Assembly (NCBI RefSeq): GCF_963506605.1
Contig: NC_083278.1
Coordinates: forward strand, 59,892,001-59,956,000
Source of the DNA: Zootoca vivipara
Lineage: Eukaryota
Length of the DNA: 64,000 bases
Direction of reading: 5' to 3'
Below, one piece after another: positions 63,179-64,000 of this stretch (position 1 is the stretch's first letter; each line of letters opens with the position of its first letter). The position numbers and the translations under genes were made by a program. The notes below the pieces were generated by a model. It searched no databases. It saw nothing but the letters and a program-made list of their open reading frames with translations, and was not told the DNA's origin.

Positions 63179-64000
63179 GTGGCTTCCATAGGATGGTAGG
63201 CATGCATGCAAGAAGGGGACCAGCACTGACCAGTAAATAAGATTATTATATTTTTTGCATTAAAAAAGAAAGAAAACAAATTAAAACAAACAAAGCTTTA
63301 ACACCACATTTGAAAGAGATGGGGAAAGGGAAGGACTGCCCTTAAACTTAAGTAAGAAATAAATATTTCAACAATTGCACAAGGGATTAAAGAGTCTAGT
63401 GATAGCCCTTGGTGCCTAAAAATAAACTGCCAACAAAATGAACAGGGTGCCATTGCTGAATCTTATTCCAACTGAAAAGTGCAGAGTGATCTGGGAGATT
63501 CTGCAGGAAATCTACATTACAGTAGGAGACTATTTCTATTCACACAATGGCCAGTAAGGAGGAGAAGGGGGGTGGGGAGGGTTTTATATCACCTTTCTTA
63601 GCTTGTCATTATAATGGGCAATTCTGCCAGCCTTAAATTTGGACAGAACCTCTTATTCCATGAACATTTTGAATTAAAATAATAGATGCACTGGTAGAGA
63701 CGAGTGTGTTAACAATGTACCCCTGAATACATAGCCATAAAATAATGTTGATTTTTCTTTCTTTCTGGTCATGTTTCCTTGCTGCAGTGTAAAATGCTTA
63801 AAATGAAAAATTCTGAGCTGTACAGACTTTGATCCCATTTCATATTTATTTACATAGTTAGGGGAAAAAATCACACATGGCTTAGTTAAAAAAACACTTC
63901 TAAGAGTGTACATAAAATAGCATAACAATTCTCAATATAACACAGCTGAAATCAGCAAGTGCTAAAAATATAGATACAAAATTAAATCTTGTGTCTGGAT

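Overview
This is eukaryotic, AT-rich, repeat-rich genomic DNA from a squamate reptile. It is most likely a lacertid lizard, inferred from a Sauria SINE, CORE-type SINEs and a Bov-B LINE. I could not recognise any host protein-coding exon. The long ORFs in the track are either retrotransposon remnants (Bov-B RT, L2 RT, a second RTE, L1) or chance ORFs in GC-rich transposons. The window looks like a very long intron or an intergenic region. It holds LINE and SINE remnants, at least three hAT-type MITE families with readable 8-bp target-site duplications, Tigger-like and Harbinger-like elements, microsatellites, one 130-N assembly gap and a non-repeat CpG-rich island near 7.0-7.4 kb. The most notable signals are: (1) a minimal hammerhead ribozyme in a Penelope-like fragment (20494-20531); (2) a recursive-splice-site or 9-nt microexon signature (49891-49925); (3) a hAT element carrying a promoter-like cassette with two inverted RFX X-boxes (42611-43317); and (4) several long, perfect inverted repeats that I could not assign (8881-8990, 25372-25462, 63042-63178). 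All family assignments were made by eye from remembered consensus features; no database search was run.
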